From the NCBI GenBank assembly GCA_036722245.1, contig DAIMJK010000001.1:1-56791 (forward strand): DNA of 56,791 nucleotides, given 5' to 3'. The notes below the pieces were generated by a model, which worked only from the letters and a program-made list of their open reading frames with translations, was not told the origin of the DNA and did not search any database. The stretch comes from Lysobacterales bacterium (lineage in GTDB: Bacteria; Pseudomonadota; Gammaproteobacteria; Xanthomonadales; SZUA-5). Position numbers and translations under genes: made by a program. Below, piece after piece: positions 18,030-26,399 of the stretch (positions are counted from its first letter, which is position 1; each line of letters begins with the position of its first letter).

Positions 18030-20288
18030 CTAGTCCTGAGCCACGCCATAGACCGCGTCCAGCAACGCCCTGATCCGCGCTCTGGATTGCGGCGGGTAGC
18101 TTTCAATCTGCTTCTCGATGCAATCGGGCAGATGCTCTGTCATCGTCCGGGTTGGCACAGCCAGAAACGGGAGTAAGTGCACGCTGCTCCAGGCACGCAG
18201 CTGAGAGGCAGGATCCGAACCTCCGTCGCCAAGCGACAGCGCGATCATCCGCAAAACGATGGTCACGTCGCGGACGCAGCGTTCGGCAGCCTGATCCATC
18301 GCCAGCTCGGTCCACAGAGGCAGAGATTGCAGGTGTGCAATCGCGCCGCCCGCGATCGTCGAGCTGTTGCTGAACAGCGGCTCGGCGATCCCCAAGTCGG
18401 AAGCACAATCCAGCAAGTGCGCCTTGAGGGCACCCAGGCCATCCGTGAATGAGGGATCTCCCGATTCTTCCAGGAGCGCACAGGATTCACTCACGACCCG
18501 GGTCAATGCCTCAACTCTTGCAGCGGGATCAGCTTCGCACAGCAGTTCCACCAGTGGTGCCGTTGTGTGTGCGAGATAGCGGCCAGCAATCGCCCGACCG
18601 AGGCCTTCTTCCTCGGGCAACAACAGGGCGAACAAGATTTGCCGCGCGCAACCCGCAATCAATGGATCGGCGTTGCCCACGTTCAGTTGCAGCTGCACGC
18701 GGGCTGCGCTTACTGCGTGATAGCGGGGTGATTGCGCGCCTATATCGGCAAGGTAAGTCGACAAATGTTCGTTGTTTGCGGCGAGGGAGTCGGCGATCTC
18801 GTCAGCCCCAATTTCCTCCATCAGCCTCGCTCGGAGGCCGGCCTCGACACCGCAATCAGGATCCACTTGGCCGATGATCCACGCCCACCATCGCTCTGCC
18901 GTGAGCGAGTAGTCGCCGCGACATGACAACTCGGCTGCGCGCGTGAGCAACAGGCAAACCCACCGCTCCGCCGCAGCAACCGCTACCGTGTCGAGAGGCT
19001 TGTGCCGCGCCACGATCCTGGTCGCAGCCTGGGCGATTGCTGGCAACAAACGCGAAACACTGGCGAACTGGTGCGCCGCGGCCACGGCGATTCTCAGCAG
19101 CAGATCAAGATCGTCCCCGTAGTGAACACCCAATCGCTTGCTCGCCGTGGCGTGCAGTGTTCGTATCGCGGTTTCGGCGTGTTCAGAATCGCCAGTGGGG
19201 AGTCTGGTGCTGGCGCTCTCCAGCCAGTACTCAGCGATGGATGAGCGCAAACCGGTGTTGCCCGTCCCCAGATCGACGGCCGCAAAACGCAGCACATCCG
19301 TGAAAACATCACAATACAGGGCCGCATCGCTCGCTGAGGAGTCTTTGGCAACGACCATTGCCGCGCTGCGCGCAATCTCCGGTGCCAGCACGAATACCTG
19401 CAGCGCGCTCCGCGCATCGGTATCGGCGCAAGCAAGCGAGTACATCGCGGAGGCCGCGGTTCGCGCCGGAGACCATGCCAGCTGCTCAGCCGTGCCGCGC
19501 AGCAAGCCGGCAAAGGTAGCTCGCCATAGACTGCCGGAATAGCGGCCGATGTAACGACCCACCCGATCGAAGATCCAGCTCATCCATGCGCGTTGTGCCG
19601 CAACCACCGTCGGTGCCGCCAAGGCGGCCTGTGCAGCCCCCAGAATCATGCTCATGTCGCGAATGCACTTTCCTTCGCCGGATGGACCGTAGGTCAGCAC
19701 TGCCTGCGGATGTGAACTGGCTACGGCTTCCCAGGCAATACCCGCGATTGCAGCTGCGTGAGTGGCCAGGACTGCCCCCGCGGACCCATTCCGCACGAAG
19801 CTGCGCGCACCGCGCAGGTGATCCACGCAGAGTTCGGCTGCTTCGGCGGACAAGCGCTGCTGCGTGGCAAGAACGGCGTAGTCCAGCAGCAGCGCGGAAG
19901 CATCGGCGAATTCCATCCCGGCGCGCGCAGCCAACACAAGCTGACTCAACACACTGACTTCCAGACCATGCCGGTCTCCGCCCGCTACAGATGCGCTCAA
20001 ACCGCGCAACAAGAGCGCAAGGTCGCGCCGACAAGACCGCGTCAACTGGGCGTTGTCGATGCGCCCGGAGACCAGGAAGGCTTCAGCAGCCTGCTCGGCT
20101 GCCTGCGCAGCGATCTCATCCGCCGCGCGGTACATTGCCGACGCGCAAGCAAGGCGGTGGCCCAACGTCAGCGCGCGGCAACGTTCGGCGAAAGCGCCGC
20201 TCGAGAATGTATCCGGTGAGTCTACCCAGAACGTGCGCTCCAGCGACTGCGTAGCGACTTCCCTCGTCGCGCCATTTTCTCCCAACAT
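18030..20288 (-). CDS. Multi-domain protein with six tandem ~120-aa phycobiliprotein-like (globin) modules
   Basis: Recurrent motif: SCRRDLALLLRGLSASVAGGD, KCIRDMSMILGAAQ, YCDVFTDVLRFAAVDLGTGN, WVCLLLTRAAELSCRGD, GCARQILFALLL, RCVRDVTIVLRMIALSLGDGG. ATG 20288 follows GAGGAAGG. The alternative ATG 20333 overlaps the EAL gene stop by 14 nt. Confidence 0.75.
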   Translation of the reverse strand: MLGENGATREVATQSLERTFWVDSPDTFSSGAFAERCRALTLGHRLACASAMYRAADEIAAQAAEQAAEAFLVSGRIDNAQLTRSCRRDLALLLRGLSASVAGGDRHGLEVSVLSQLVLAARAGMEFADASALLLDYAVLATQQRLSAEAAELCVDHLRGARSFVRNGSAGAVLATHAAAIAGIAWEAVASSHPQAVLTYGPSGEGKCIRDMSMILGAAQAALAAPTVVAAQRAWMSWIFDRVGRYIGRYSGSLWRATFAGLLRGTAEQLAWSPARTAASAMYSLACADTDARSALQVFVLAPEIARSAAMVVAKDSSASDAALYCDVFTDVLRFAAVDLGTGNTGLRSSIAEYWLESASTRLPTGDSEHAETAIRTLHATASKRLGVHYGDDLDLLLRIAVAAAHQFASVSRLLPAIAQAATRIVARHKPLDTVAVAAAERWVCLLLTRAAELSCRGDYSLTAERWWAWIIGQVDPDCGVEAGLRARLMEEIGADEIADSLAANNEHLSTYLADIGAQSPRYHAVSAARVQLQLNVGNADPLIAGCARQILFALLLPEEEGLGRAIAGRYLAHTTAPLVELLCEADPAARVEALTRVVSESCALLEESGDPSFTDGLGALKAHLLDCASDLGIAEPLFSNSSTIAGGAIAHLQSLPLWTELAMDQAAERCVRDVTIVLRMIALSLGDGGSDPASQLRAWSSVHLLPFLAVPTRTMTEHLPDCIEKQIESYPPQSRARIRALLDAVYGVAQD

Positions 20289-20319
20289 GTTGCCTTCCTC
20301 GTCAGATGTGTATCGGTGG

Positions 20320-22347
20320 TCAACCATGGTCATCGGTCATTTCCCGCGGGTGACCCAGCAAGTATCCCTGCAACAACTCGCACCCCATGTCACGCAAACA
20401 TGCCAACTGTGCTGGCTCCTCGACGCCTTCGGCGGTGACCGACAATCCGAGACGACCGGCCAGATCGACCAGCGCATGAACCATGGTTTGATCGCGACCG
20501 AGCTGGGCGACAAGCTGCACGAACCGCCGATCGATCTTGATTCCCGCGATGGGGAATCGCTGCAGATGGGTCAATGATGAAAAACCCACCCCGAAGTCAT
20601 CCAGAATCAACTTGACCCCCAAATCACACAGGCAATGCAGCCGAGCCAGTGTCATGCTCTCGTCACAGAACAGCGCCGTCTCTGTCAATTCAATACGCAA
20701 AGACTGGATTATTTCGGGGGACTCTTGCCGCAACCGGGCAAGATAAGTGTCCAGGCCGCTGCCGGCCAGCGTGCGTGGTGACACATTCACGCTGATCCAA
20801 TGCTCCCTGCGCTGCTGCCCGACATGCCACTTCCTCAGCTGACCCAGCACTGCGGCGAGCATCCACTCGTCAATCAGCGGGATAGCGCCACCCGCTTCAG
20901 CGACGTCCAGAAATTCCATTGGCTGCAGCAGACCATGAATCGGATGTTGCCAGCGCACCAGAGCCTCATAGCCTGCCGTGCCCAGATTTCCGGCCGCGAA
21001 GATGGGCTGGAGATAACAGCGCAGCTCTTCGTTGGCTACGGCCGCATGCAAGTCGGAGAGAAGCTCGATTCGGCGTTGGGTTTCGTCACGCATGACTGGA
21101 TCGTATGCAACCACCTGACCGAAACCGCGGTCCTTGGCTTGATGCAAGGCGGAGTCTGCCGCTCGAACCAGATCGGTCGCATTGGTCGAACAGTACTCGG
21201 GCGTGACCACACCAATGGAGGCACTCAGCACCAGTCGCGACCCCTCGATTGGAAGGGACGTGGAAAAAATTCGCATGATCCTCCCGACCAGTGCATCGAT
21301 CTCGGCCTGGCCGTTTGAGTAATCAAGCATCACCGCGAACTCATCGGCACCAAACCGGGCGACATAATCGGTTTCCCGAATTGCAACCCGGATCCTCGTT
21401 GCCAGAGTGCGCAAGACACCATCACCAACACGTTCGCCCAACCCATCGTTGATCAAGCGAAATCTATCAATATCCAGCAATAGCAACGCTGGTGCCGAAA
21501 CCGTGGTATCGGACAATCGGTCCTTGAGTTTTCGCAGGAAGCTCACCCTATTTGGCAAGCGAGTGAGCGGATCGAAATACGCAGCCCGACCAAGCTGCCG
21601 CTCCACTCTCTTCTGCGGCCGCATGTCATATGCGCTGACAATCAGATACGTATCACTGCCGAAAGCCGCGATCTCGACGCTAAGCAGAACCGGCATTTGA
21701 TATCCAGAGCGGGTCAGCAGCGCATCTTCCAGCTTCACCGGTCCGAACACATTGTCAGCAAAGAGGGTGCTGAGTCTGTTTGTTCTGAAAATCTGATCAA
21801 AGTGGAGTGATCCGAACTCACCAACGGAATATCCACTATGCTCTTGAAAGCAACGATTCCATCGTATCACTACGCCGCTGGAATTGAATACGCAGAACAT
21901 CGCGGGCAATGCGTCCATGATCGTCTGTGCGAACCGGAGTTCACGCGCAATGCTGCAAGTTCGATCCGCGATCCCAAAACTACCGATGGACACCGGATGT
22001 TGCTCGGAGAGCACTGCCGGCATGGGTCGTACGCGAAGCTCAATATTCAGCGCGCCGTCGGGTCTTGAACTGCTCGCGGCGGAACATTCCAGGCGATGAT
22101 CCAATTTGTACCAGTGGCCCGGGGAGGGACCCCGGCTGGCCTCCGCGAAGACTCGACCCAAGACCACCGACAGCGCCGGATCAAGGGCCGCGATCAGAGT
22201 GTGAAAAGCGTCTGGAGTCTCGACCAGGTCGAACTCGCGCAGCAACCTCGCGTCGGCATACAACACCTGCCCGCTCTCGATCAGGAGCTTCATTTCCGAA
22301 TGCGCCCCGGCGGCAGTGCCGGGAGGCCTTTCGACCACCTGATTCAT
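20320..22347 (-). CDS. PAS-GGDEF-EAL c-di-GMP turnover protein
   Basis: GGDEF-domain block RFGADEFAVML (GADEF variant). EAL blocks GYEALVRW, IELTE, LDDFGVGFSS, KIDRRF, EGVE and QGYL. Start at MNQVVERPP (ATG 22347, GGAGAG upstream) or ATG 22428. The track start 22794 would overlap gvpL and encodes junk. Confidence 0.85.
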   Translation of the reverse strand: MNQVVERPPGTAAGAHSEMKLLIESGQVLYADARLLREFDLVETPDAFHTLIAALDPALSVVLGRVFAEASRGPSPGHWYKLDHRLECSAASSSRPDGALNIELRVRPMPAVLSEQHPVSIGSFGIADRTCSIARELRFAQTIMDALPAMFCVFNSSGVVIRWNRCFQEHSGYSVGEFGSLHFDQIFRTNRLSTLFADNVFGPVKLEDALLTRSGYQMPVLLSVEIAAFGSDTYLIVSAYDMRPQKRVERQLGRAAYFDPLTRLPNRVSFLRKLKDRLSDTTVSAPALLLLDIDRFRLINDGLGERVGDGVLRTLATRIRVAIRETDYVARFGADEFAVMLDYSNGQAEIDALVGRIMRIFSTSLPIEGSRLVLSASIGVVTPEYCSTNATDLVRAADSALHQAKDRGFGQVVAYDPVMRDETQRRIELLSDLHAAVANEELRCYLQPIFAAGNLGTAGYEALVRWQHPIHGLLQPMEFLDVAEAGGAIPLIDEWMLAAVLGQLRKWHVGQQRREHWISVNVSPRTLAGSGLDTYLARLRQESPEIIQSLRIELTETALFCDESMTLARLHCLCDLGVKLILDDFGVGFSSLTHLQRFPIAGIKIDRRFVQLVAQLGRDQTMVHALVDLAGRLGLSVTAEGVEEPAQLACLRDMGCELLQGYLLGHPREMTDDHG

Positions 22348-22550
22348 CAGCTCTCCGCGTGGCTGCGTTTGGACTGTGGCGGCCAATTGGAACGTGCACT
22401 CCGGAGCGATTCCGTGGGCAGGATCCATCGTGCGACCTTTATAGCCGCACAGGCTCCGGCACCGCACTACACCCTTGGTTGTAGCGACCGACTCCAGCGC
22501 GGCTGGGCACCTGTGAGAGAATCGCGCACACTCGGCACGCGAAGGTACCC
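22348..22550. promoter_or_regulatory. Divergent intergenic region between the PAS-GGDEF-EAL/globin operon and gvpL
   Basis: About 200 nt separate two divergently oriented start codons. Contains the 8-nt palindrome CCAATTGG and TGTG-N11-CACA. No promoter consensus could be assigned by eye. Confidence 0.4.
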
Positions 22551-23312
22551 ATGGCCACAAACCCGACCTACTCGGTGCTCGCGTTGATCCCCGCCGACAC
22601 TTCAACACATGACCTGTCGATCCGCGTTGTAGCGATCGGAAGTGGCTTGTGTGCTTGCGTCGAAGACGCAGAGACCGATCGTATCCAGAGGTTTGCCGAC
22701 CTGGCGAAGGCCGACCCGCAGTGGCTTGCCGGCGAGTTGGCGCGTCACCACAGGCTGGTGCTTGCCCTGCATCAGAGCGGCAGCGTTTTCCCAATGCAGT
22801 TCGGGGTCCTCACTTCCGATCTGGCGGCGCTGGGGGATGCCGTGCATGAGCATCACGAAGCGCTGGACGCATACTTCGGGTTGATTGAGGGTTGTGACGA
22901 ATGGGCAGTGAAGTTGCTCGCTGAAGTTGAGCCGTCGGTCGTGCCGTCAACAAGACCCTCCGATGGCACCAGCTACCTGCTTTCGCTACGCGCAGCGAAA
23001 CTGGCCAAAGCAGAACTCACGCGACAGCGGGGGGAGCGTGCGACCGGCGCCTTGGAGCATCTGCAGGGTTTGGCAAGGCACATACGCAACTTGCCAGCCG
23101 GCGAAAGCGAGCGCCTTTTGGGTGGAGCGGCAATGATCTCCAATCACGCTCTGTTGGTGCCACGCAGCGTACTGGGGGAGTTTGAGGCGGCCATCAGCCT
23201 GGCACGTCAGGAGCTGAGTGACACAAGCTTGCGAATGGAAATCACCGGACCCTGGCCCCCCTACTCGTTCCGACCGCGTTTGGACCAGCCGTCCGTGCTG
23301 GAAGAAGCCTGA
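22551..23312 (+). CDS. gvpL: Gas vesicle protein GvpL/GvpF family
   Basis: YSVLALIP...DLSIRVVAIGSGLCACVEDAE...HHRLVLALHQSGSVFPMQFGVLTSD...EWAVKLL has GvpF/L family architecture. GAAGG RBS 6 nt before the ATG. Confidence 0.85.
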   Translation: MATNPTYSVLALIPADTSTHDLSIRVVAIGSGLCACVEDAETDRIQRFADLAKADPQWLAGELARHHRLVLALHQSGSVFPMQFGVLTSDLAALGDAVHEHHEALDAYFGLIEGCDEWAVKLLAEVEPSVVPSTRPSDGTSYLLSLRAAKLAKAELTRQRGERATGALEHLQGLARHIRNLPAGESERLLGGAAMISNHALLVPRSVLGEFEAAISLARQELSDTSLRMEITGPWPPYSFRPRLDQPSVLEEA

Positions 23313-23390
23313 GTCAAAGACGTTTGCCAAAGTACGACTGATCCGGACCTGGCCTGAGCAGAGGGCAAGGGCCATGTCGCGCAGTGTTGC

Positions 23391-25505
23391 TCACGACCGG
23401 GAACGCAGTAGATCCCACGCCTGTAGTGCTGCGGCAAAATCGGCGTTGTTGATGGATTCAACCTGAGATTGTTGGTAGTCGCTCATTGAGCGGCGCATCG
23501 CCGCGAGACTGGCAAGGTCGGTCAGTCCGCGAATATCGGCGCCAGACTTGCCTTCCATCCTGCTTGCCAGATCGGCAATATCCAGGTTGTCCACTGGCCT
23601 GTCGCGAAGCACCGCGGCAAGAATCTCCTGGCGGTCCTGCAAACCAGGAAGTGGGACATGAACGAAGAAGTCGAATCGCCCCGGACGCAGCAGCGCCGGA
23701 TCAACCAACTCCAGGCGATTGGTCGCAGCCATCGCCCAGATCACCGTTCTGCCGCGCAAGCCATCAAGTTCAGTGAGCAGCTGGGCGACCACCCGATCCG
23801 CCACACCACTGTCTCCCGACTGGCCTCTGGCGGGGGCAAGGGAATCGAATTCGTCGAAGAACAAGACACATGGGGCGGCTTGCCTGGCCCGTTCGAAGAG
23901 TTCACGCACGGCGCGTTCAGATTCCCCGACATAGCGAGAGAGCAACTCCGGCCCGGAAACAGAAATGAAGTTTGCTTGCGCTTCCGTCGCCATGGCGCGC
24001 GCCAGCATCGTCTTACCGGTTCCAGGAGGCCCGTGCAGGACGATTCCACGGCAAGCGCGGATGCCATATTTCACAAACAACTCAGGAGCTTGCAAGGGCC
24101 AGAGAATACTCTCTCGCAGGACGGTTTTCACTTCGTGGAGTCCGCCTACGTCGGCCAGTCGGGTGTCCGGCACCTCGACGATCACCTGACGCATGCTCGA
24201 AGGCCGAACCAGAGCGAGCGCTTCGGCAAAGTCCAGTGCTGTCACCACGCAGGCGCCTATCGGCTCACCTCGGCGCAAGCTTCCATACTCGCGTTCGACC
24301 ACGCGCATCGCGGCTTCCTGGCACAGCGCCTTCAGGTCGGCTCCGCTGAATCCGTAGGTCGCATTCGCCAGGCCCTCCAGGTCCACATCCTTGGCCAGAG
24401 GCATACGCTTGGAGTGCACTTCGATGATCGCCAACCGGGCCACCCGGTTGGGCATTCCGAGCGCCACCTCGCGGTCGAACCGCCCTGGCCTGCGTAGCGC
24501 GGGGTCGAGATTCTGGGGCAAATTGGTGGCGGCAATCACGACCACGTCCCCGCGCGAGCCGATCCCGTCCATCAGTGTGAGCAACTGCGCTACAACCCGT
24601 TTCTCCACCTCGCCCTGAACCTGATCCCGGCGCGGCGCGATGGCGTCGATCTCGTCAATGAAGATGATGCTGGGCGCCTGCTTCTGCGCGCGCTCGAACA
24701 ACTCTCGCAGCTTGGCCTCGCTTTCGCCGTAGAACTTCTGAACGATCTCGGGCGCACTCACAGCGAAGAACTGTACACCGGCTTCGCTCGCCACAGCGCG
24801 CGCGATCAGCGTCTTGCCGGTGCCTGGCGGCCCGTACAGCAACACGCCGCGAGGTGGTGCCACGCCAAGCTTTTCGAACAGCTGAGGATAGCGCAGTGGT
24901 ACTTCGACCATCTCTCTCAGGCGTTGAATCTCCCGATCAAGACCGCCAATCTCGTCGTAACTGGTGACCGACTTCCTGCCCTTCCCGGCGTCGTCCAACT
25001 CCACGAACTTGACCAGGGTTTGCGGCCCGACGACAACAGCGCCGTCAGGTCGAACCAGCCTCACGTCGAAGTCCCGCACCGCGCCGCCAGCCAGCGTCAC
25101 GCCAACCATGTTGCCCTGGCGCAGCACCTGTCCATCAAGCCCGCTGGCAATTTCTTCCTGCTGAGCCGCGGACAGGCGCGCCCGATCGATCGGACGCAGC
25201 CACAGTTCTTCCGCGCCAGCACTTTCCACCGTGTGAAGTTCTATCCGATCGCCGATCGCAATTCCCGCATTGCGCCGCGTTTGCGCATCTACCTGCACAA
25301 CTCCAAGTCCACGGCGGTCGGAGAAAACCGGCATGACGCGCGCAAACGCAGCGCCTTCCGGGCCCAGGGCAACCGTGCTGCCGGGCTCCAGCCGGGCCGC
25401 CTTGATCCAAGCCGGATCCACCCGAACGACGCCACGACCGCGGTCCTGGGAACGCGCGTCGATCACCTCCAGCGTCGGCAACGAAGTCCGCTTTGTTCCA
25501 CTCAT
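23391..25505 (-). CDS. CDC48/VCP-type double AAA+ ATPase (N-domain, D1, D2)
   Basis: Two Walker A sites (LLYGPPGTGKTLIARAVA; VLHGPPGTGKTMLARAMA) and two Walker B sites (IIFIDEIDAI; VLFFDEFDSL). The N-terminal segment LEVIDARSQDRGRGVVRVDP is CDC48-N-like. ATG 25505 overlaps the gvpH stop (ATGA). Confidence 0.88.
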   Translation of the reverse strand: MSGTKRTSLPTLEVIDARSQDRGRGVVRVDPAWIKAARLEPGSTVALGPEGAAFARVMPVFSDRRGLGVVQVDAQTRRNAGIAIGDRIELHTVESAGAEELWLRPIDRARLSAAQQEEIASGLDGQVLRQGNMVGVTLAGGAVRDFDVRLVRPDGAVVVGPQTLVKFVELDDAGKGRKSVTSYDEIGGLDREIQRLREMVEVPLRYPQLFEKLGVAPPRGVLLYGPPGTGKTLIARAVASEAGVQFFAVSAPEIVQKFYGESEAKLRELFERAQKQAPSIIFIDEIDAIAPRRDQVQGEVEKRVVAQLLTLMDGIGSRGDVVVIAATNLPQNLDPALRRPGRFDREVALGMPNRVARLAIIEVHSKRMPLAKDVDLEGLANATYGFSGADLKALCQEAAMRVVEREYGSLRRGEPIGACVVTALDFAEALALVRPSSMRQVIVEVPDTRLADVGGLHEVKTVLRESILWPLQAPELFVKYGIRACRGIVLHGPPGTGKTMLARAMATEAQANFISVSGPELLSRYVGESERAVRELFERARQAAPCVLFFDEFDSLAPARGQSGDSGVADRVVAQLLTELDGLRGRTVIWAMAATNRLELVDPALLRPGRFDFFVHVPLPGLQDRQEILAAVLRDRPVDNLDIADLASRMEGKSGADIRGLTDLASLAAMRRSMSDYQQSQVESINNADFAAALQAWDLLRSRS

Positions 25506-25978
25506 TGCGGCGGGCTCTTCGGATTCCCTGCCTTCTTGCCAGCCACCGGCCAACTCAGCGACAACACGCCCTGTCGAAAGCTCTGCTTCACACGACGGTG
25601 GTCCACCGCATGCGGCAATAGCAGCTCGCCATAGAAATGGCGCGTGTCCTGTTTGGAGGAAACAACCAACATGTCGCCATCAACCTCAATGCGCAAGCGC
25701 TCCAGCTCCAGCCGAGGCTCATTGACCAGGACTCCGATGCGAGAGCCGCGTTCGAAGAGCTCCAATTCCAGCAGTTGCCGCAGGGGCCCCGTCTCCTCAC
25801 TCACGCCCCGCAATTTTTCGGCCAGTTCGCGCCATTCTGAAGCCGAACTGCCATCAGCGGCAGCCATACGGACACCACTGCGCTTGCCATCAACGGAATC
25901 GCCATCCGGCGCTTGTACTGTGGCCCCTTCGGCAAGCTTGTCCAGTACGGCCAGCAGGCCCTTCGCCAACCATTCCAC
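25502..25978 (-). CDS. gvpH: Hsp20/alpha-crystallin-domain gas vesicle protein (GvpH-like)
   Basis: LRIEVDGDMLVVSSKQDTRHFYGELLLPHAVDHRRVKQSFRQGVLSLSWP is an ACD-type beta-sandwich. Start assigned to GTG 25978, just after the gvpJ stop with GGAGAGG upstream. The track ATG 26083 would overlap gvpJ by 100 nt. Confidence 0.7.
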   Translation of the reverse strand: MEWLAKGLLAVLDKLAEGATVQAPDGDSVDGKRSGVRMAAADGSSASEWRELAEKLRGVSEETGPLRQLLELELFERGSRIGVLVNEPRLELERLRIEVDGDMLVVSSKQDTRHFYGELLLPHAVDHRRVKQSFRQGVLSLSWPVAGKKAGNPKSPPQ

Positions 25979-25982
25979 CGCG

Positions 25983-26366
25983 CTAGCCTCTCCGCTTCCG
26001 CGTCGCGCGCGTCGGTTCGGCGCTACTCGATCCGCTCTTTGGTACTCCAAAGCGCGACGTGGCGCCTGGAAGAATAGCTCCATCCAACGCCCTCTCGATT
26101 CGCTCCAAGCGTGCGTTCATCTCCTCAGCCTGACTCGCTTCCAGCGCGCGCGGGCCGGAGGGACCCATGAAATGGCTTTCATTGCGCCACCAGTCCATCC
26201 CCATCTCCATCGCCCGGTCGACTGAGCAAATCACCAGTCGAATCTGAATCGTCAACAGTTCAATATCGACCAGATTGATTCGAATATCACCGGAAATGAC
26301 CACACCCTTGTCCAGCACACGTTCCAGCAGATCCGCCAGATTGGTGCTTTGGGTGGAGTGAATCAT
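25983..26366 (-). CDS. gvpJ: Gas vesicle protein GvpJ (GvpA/J family)
   Basis: NLADLLERVLDKGVVISGDIRINLVDIELLTIQIRLVICSVDRAMEMGMDWW. Confidence 0.9.
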   Translation of the reverse strand: MIHSTQSTNLADLLERVLDKGVVISGDIRINLVDIELLTIQIRLVICSVDRAMEMGMDWWRNESHFMGPSGPRALEASQAEEMNARLERIERALDGAILPGATSRFGVPKSGSSSAEPTRATRKRRG

Positions 26367-26399
26367 TGTTCTCGACTCAACCTGCGGCACCGCTTTCTC

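Noticed and set aside
22348-22794. N-terminal 149 codons of track ORF 20320-22794, which would make an 824-aa GGDEF-EAL protein.
   Set aside because: The extension is R/S/P/C-rich junk (MGKRCRSDAGQAPACGD...). It overlaps the well-supported gvpL gene on the opposite strand. Good RBS-linked ATGs exist at 22347 and 22428.
23391-25505. The double AAA+ protein as a GvpD-type regulator or a sigma-54 activator (GvrA-like).
   Set aside because: Its architecture is CDC48-N plus two classical AAA modules. It has no DNA-binding HTH and no GAFTGA loop. Haloarchaeal GvpD, as I recall, is a single P-loop protein. It was called a CDC48-like unfoldase instead.
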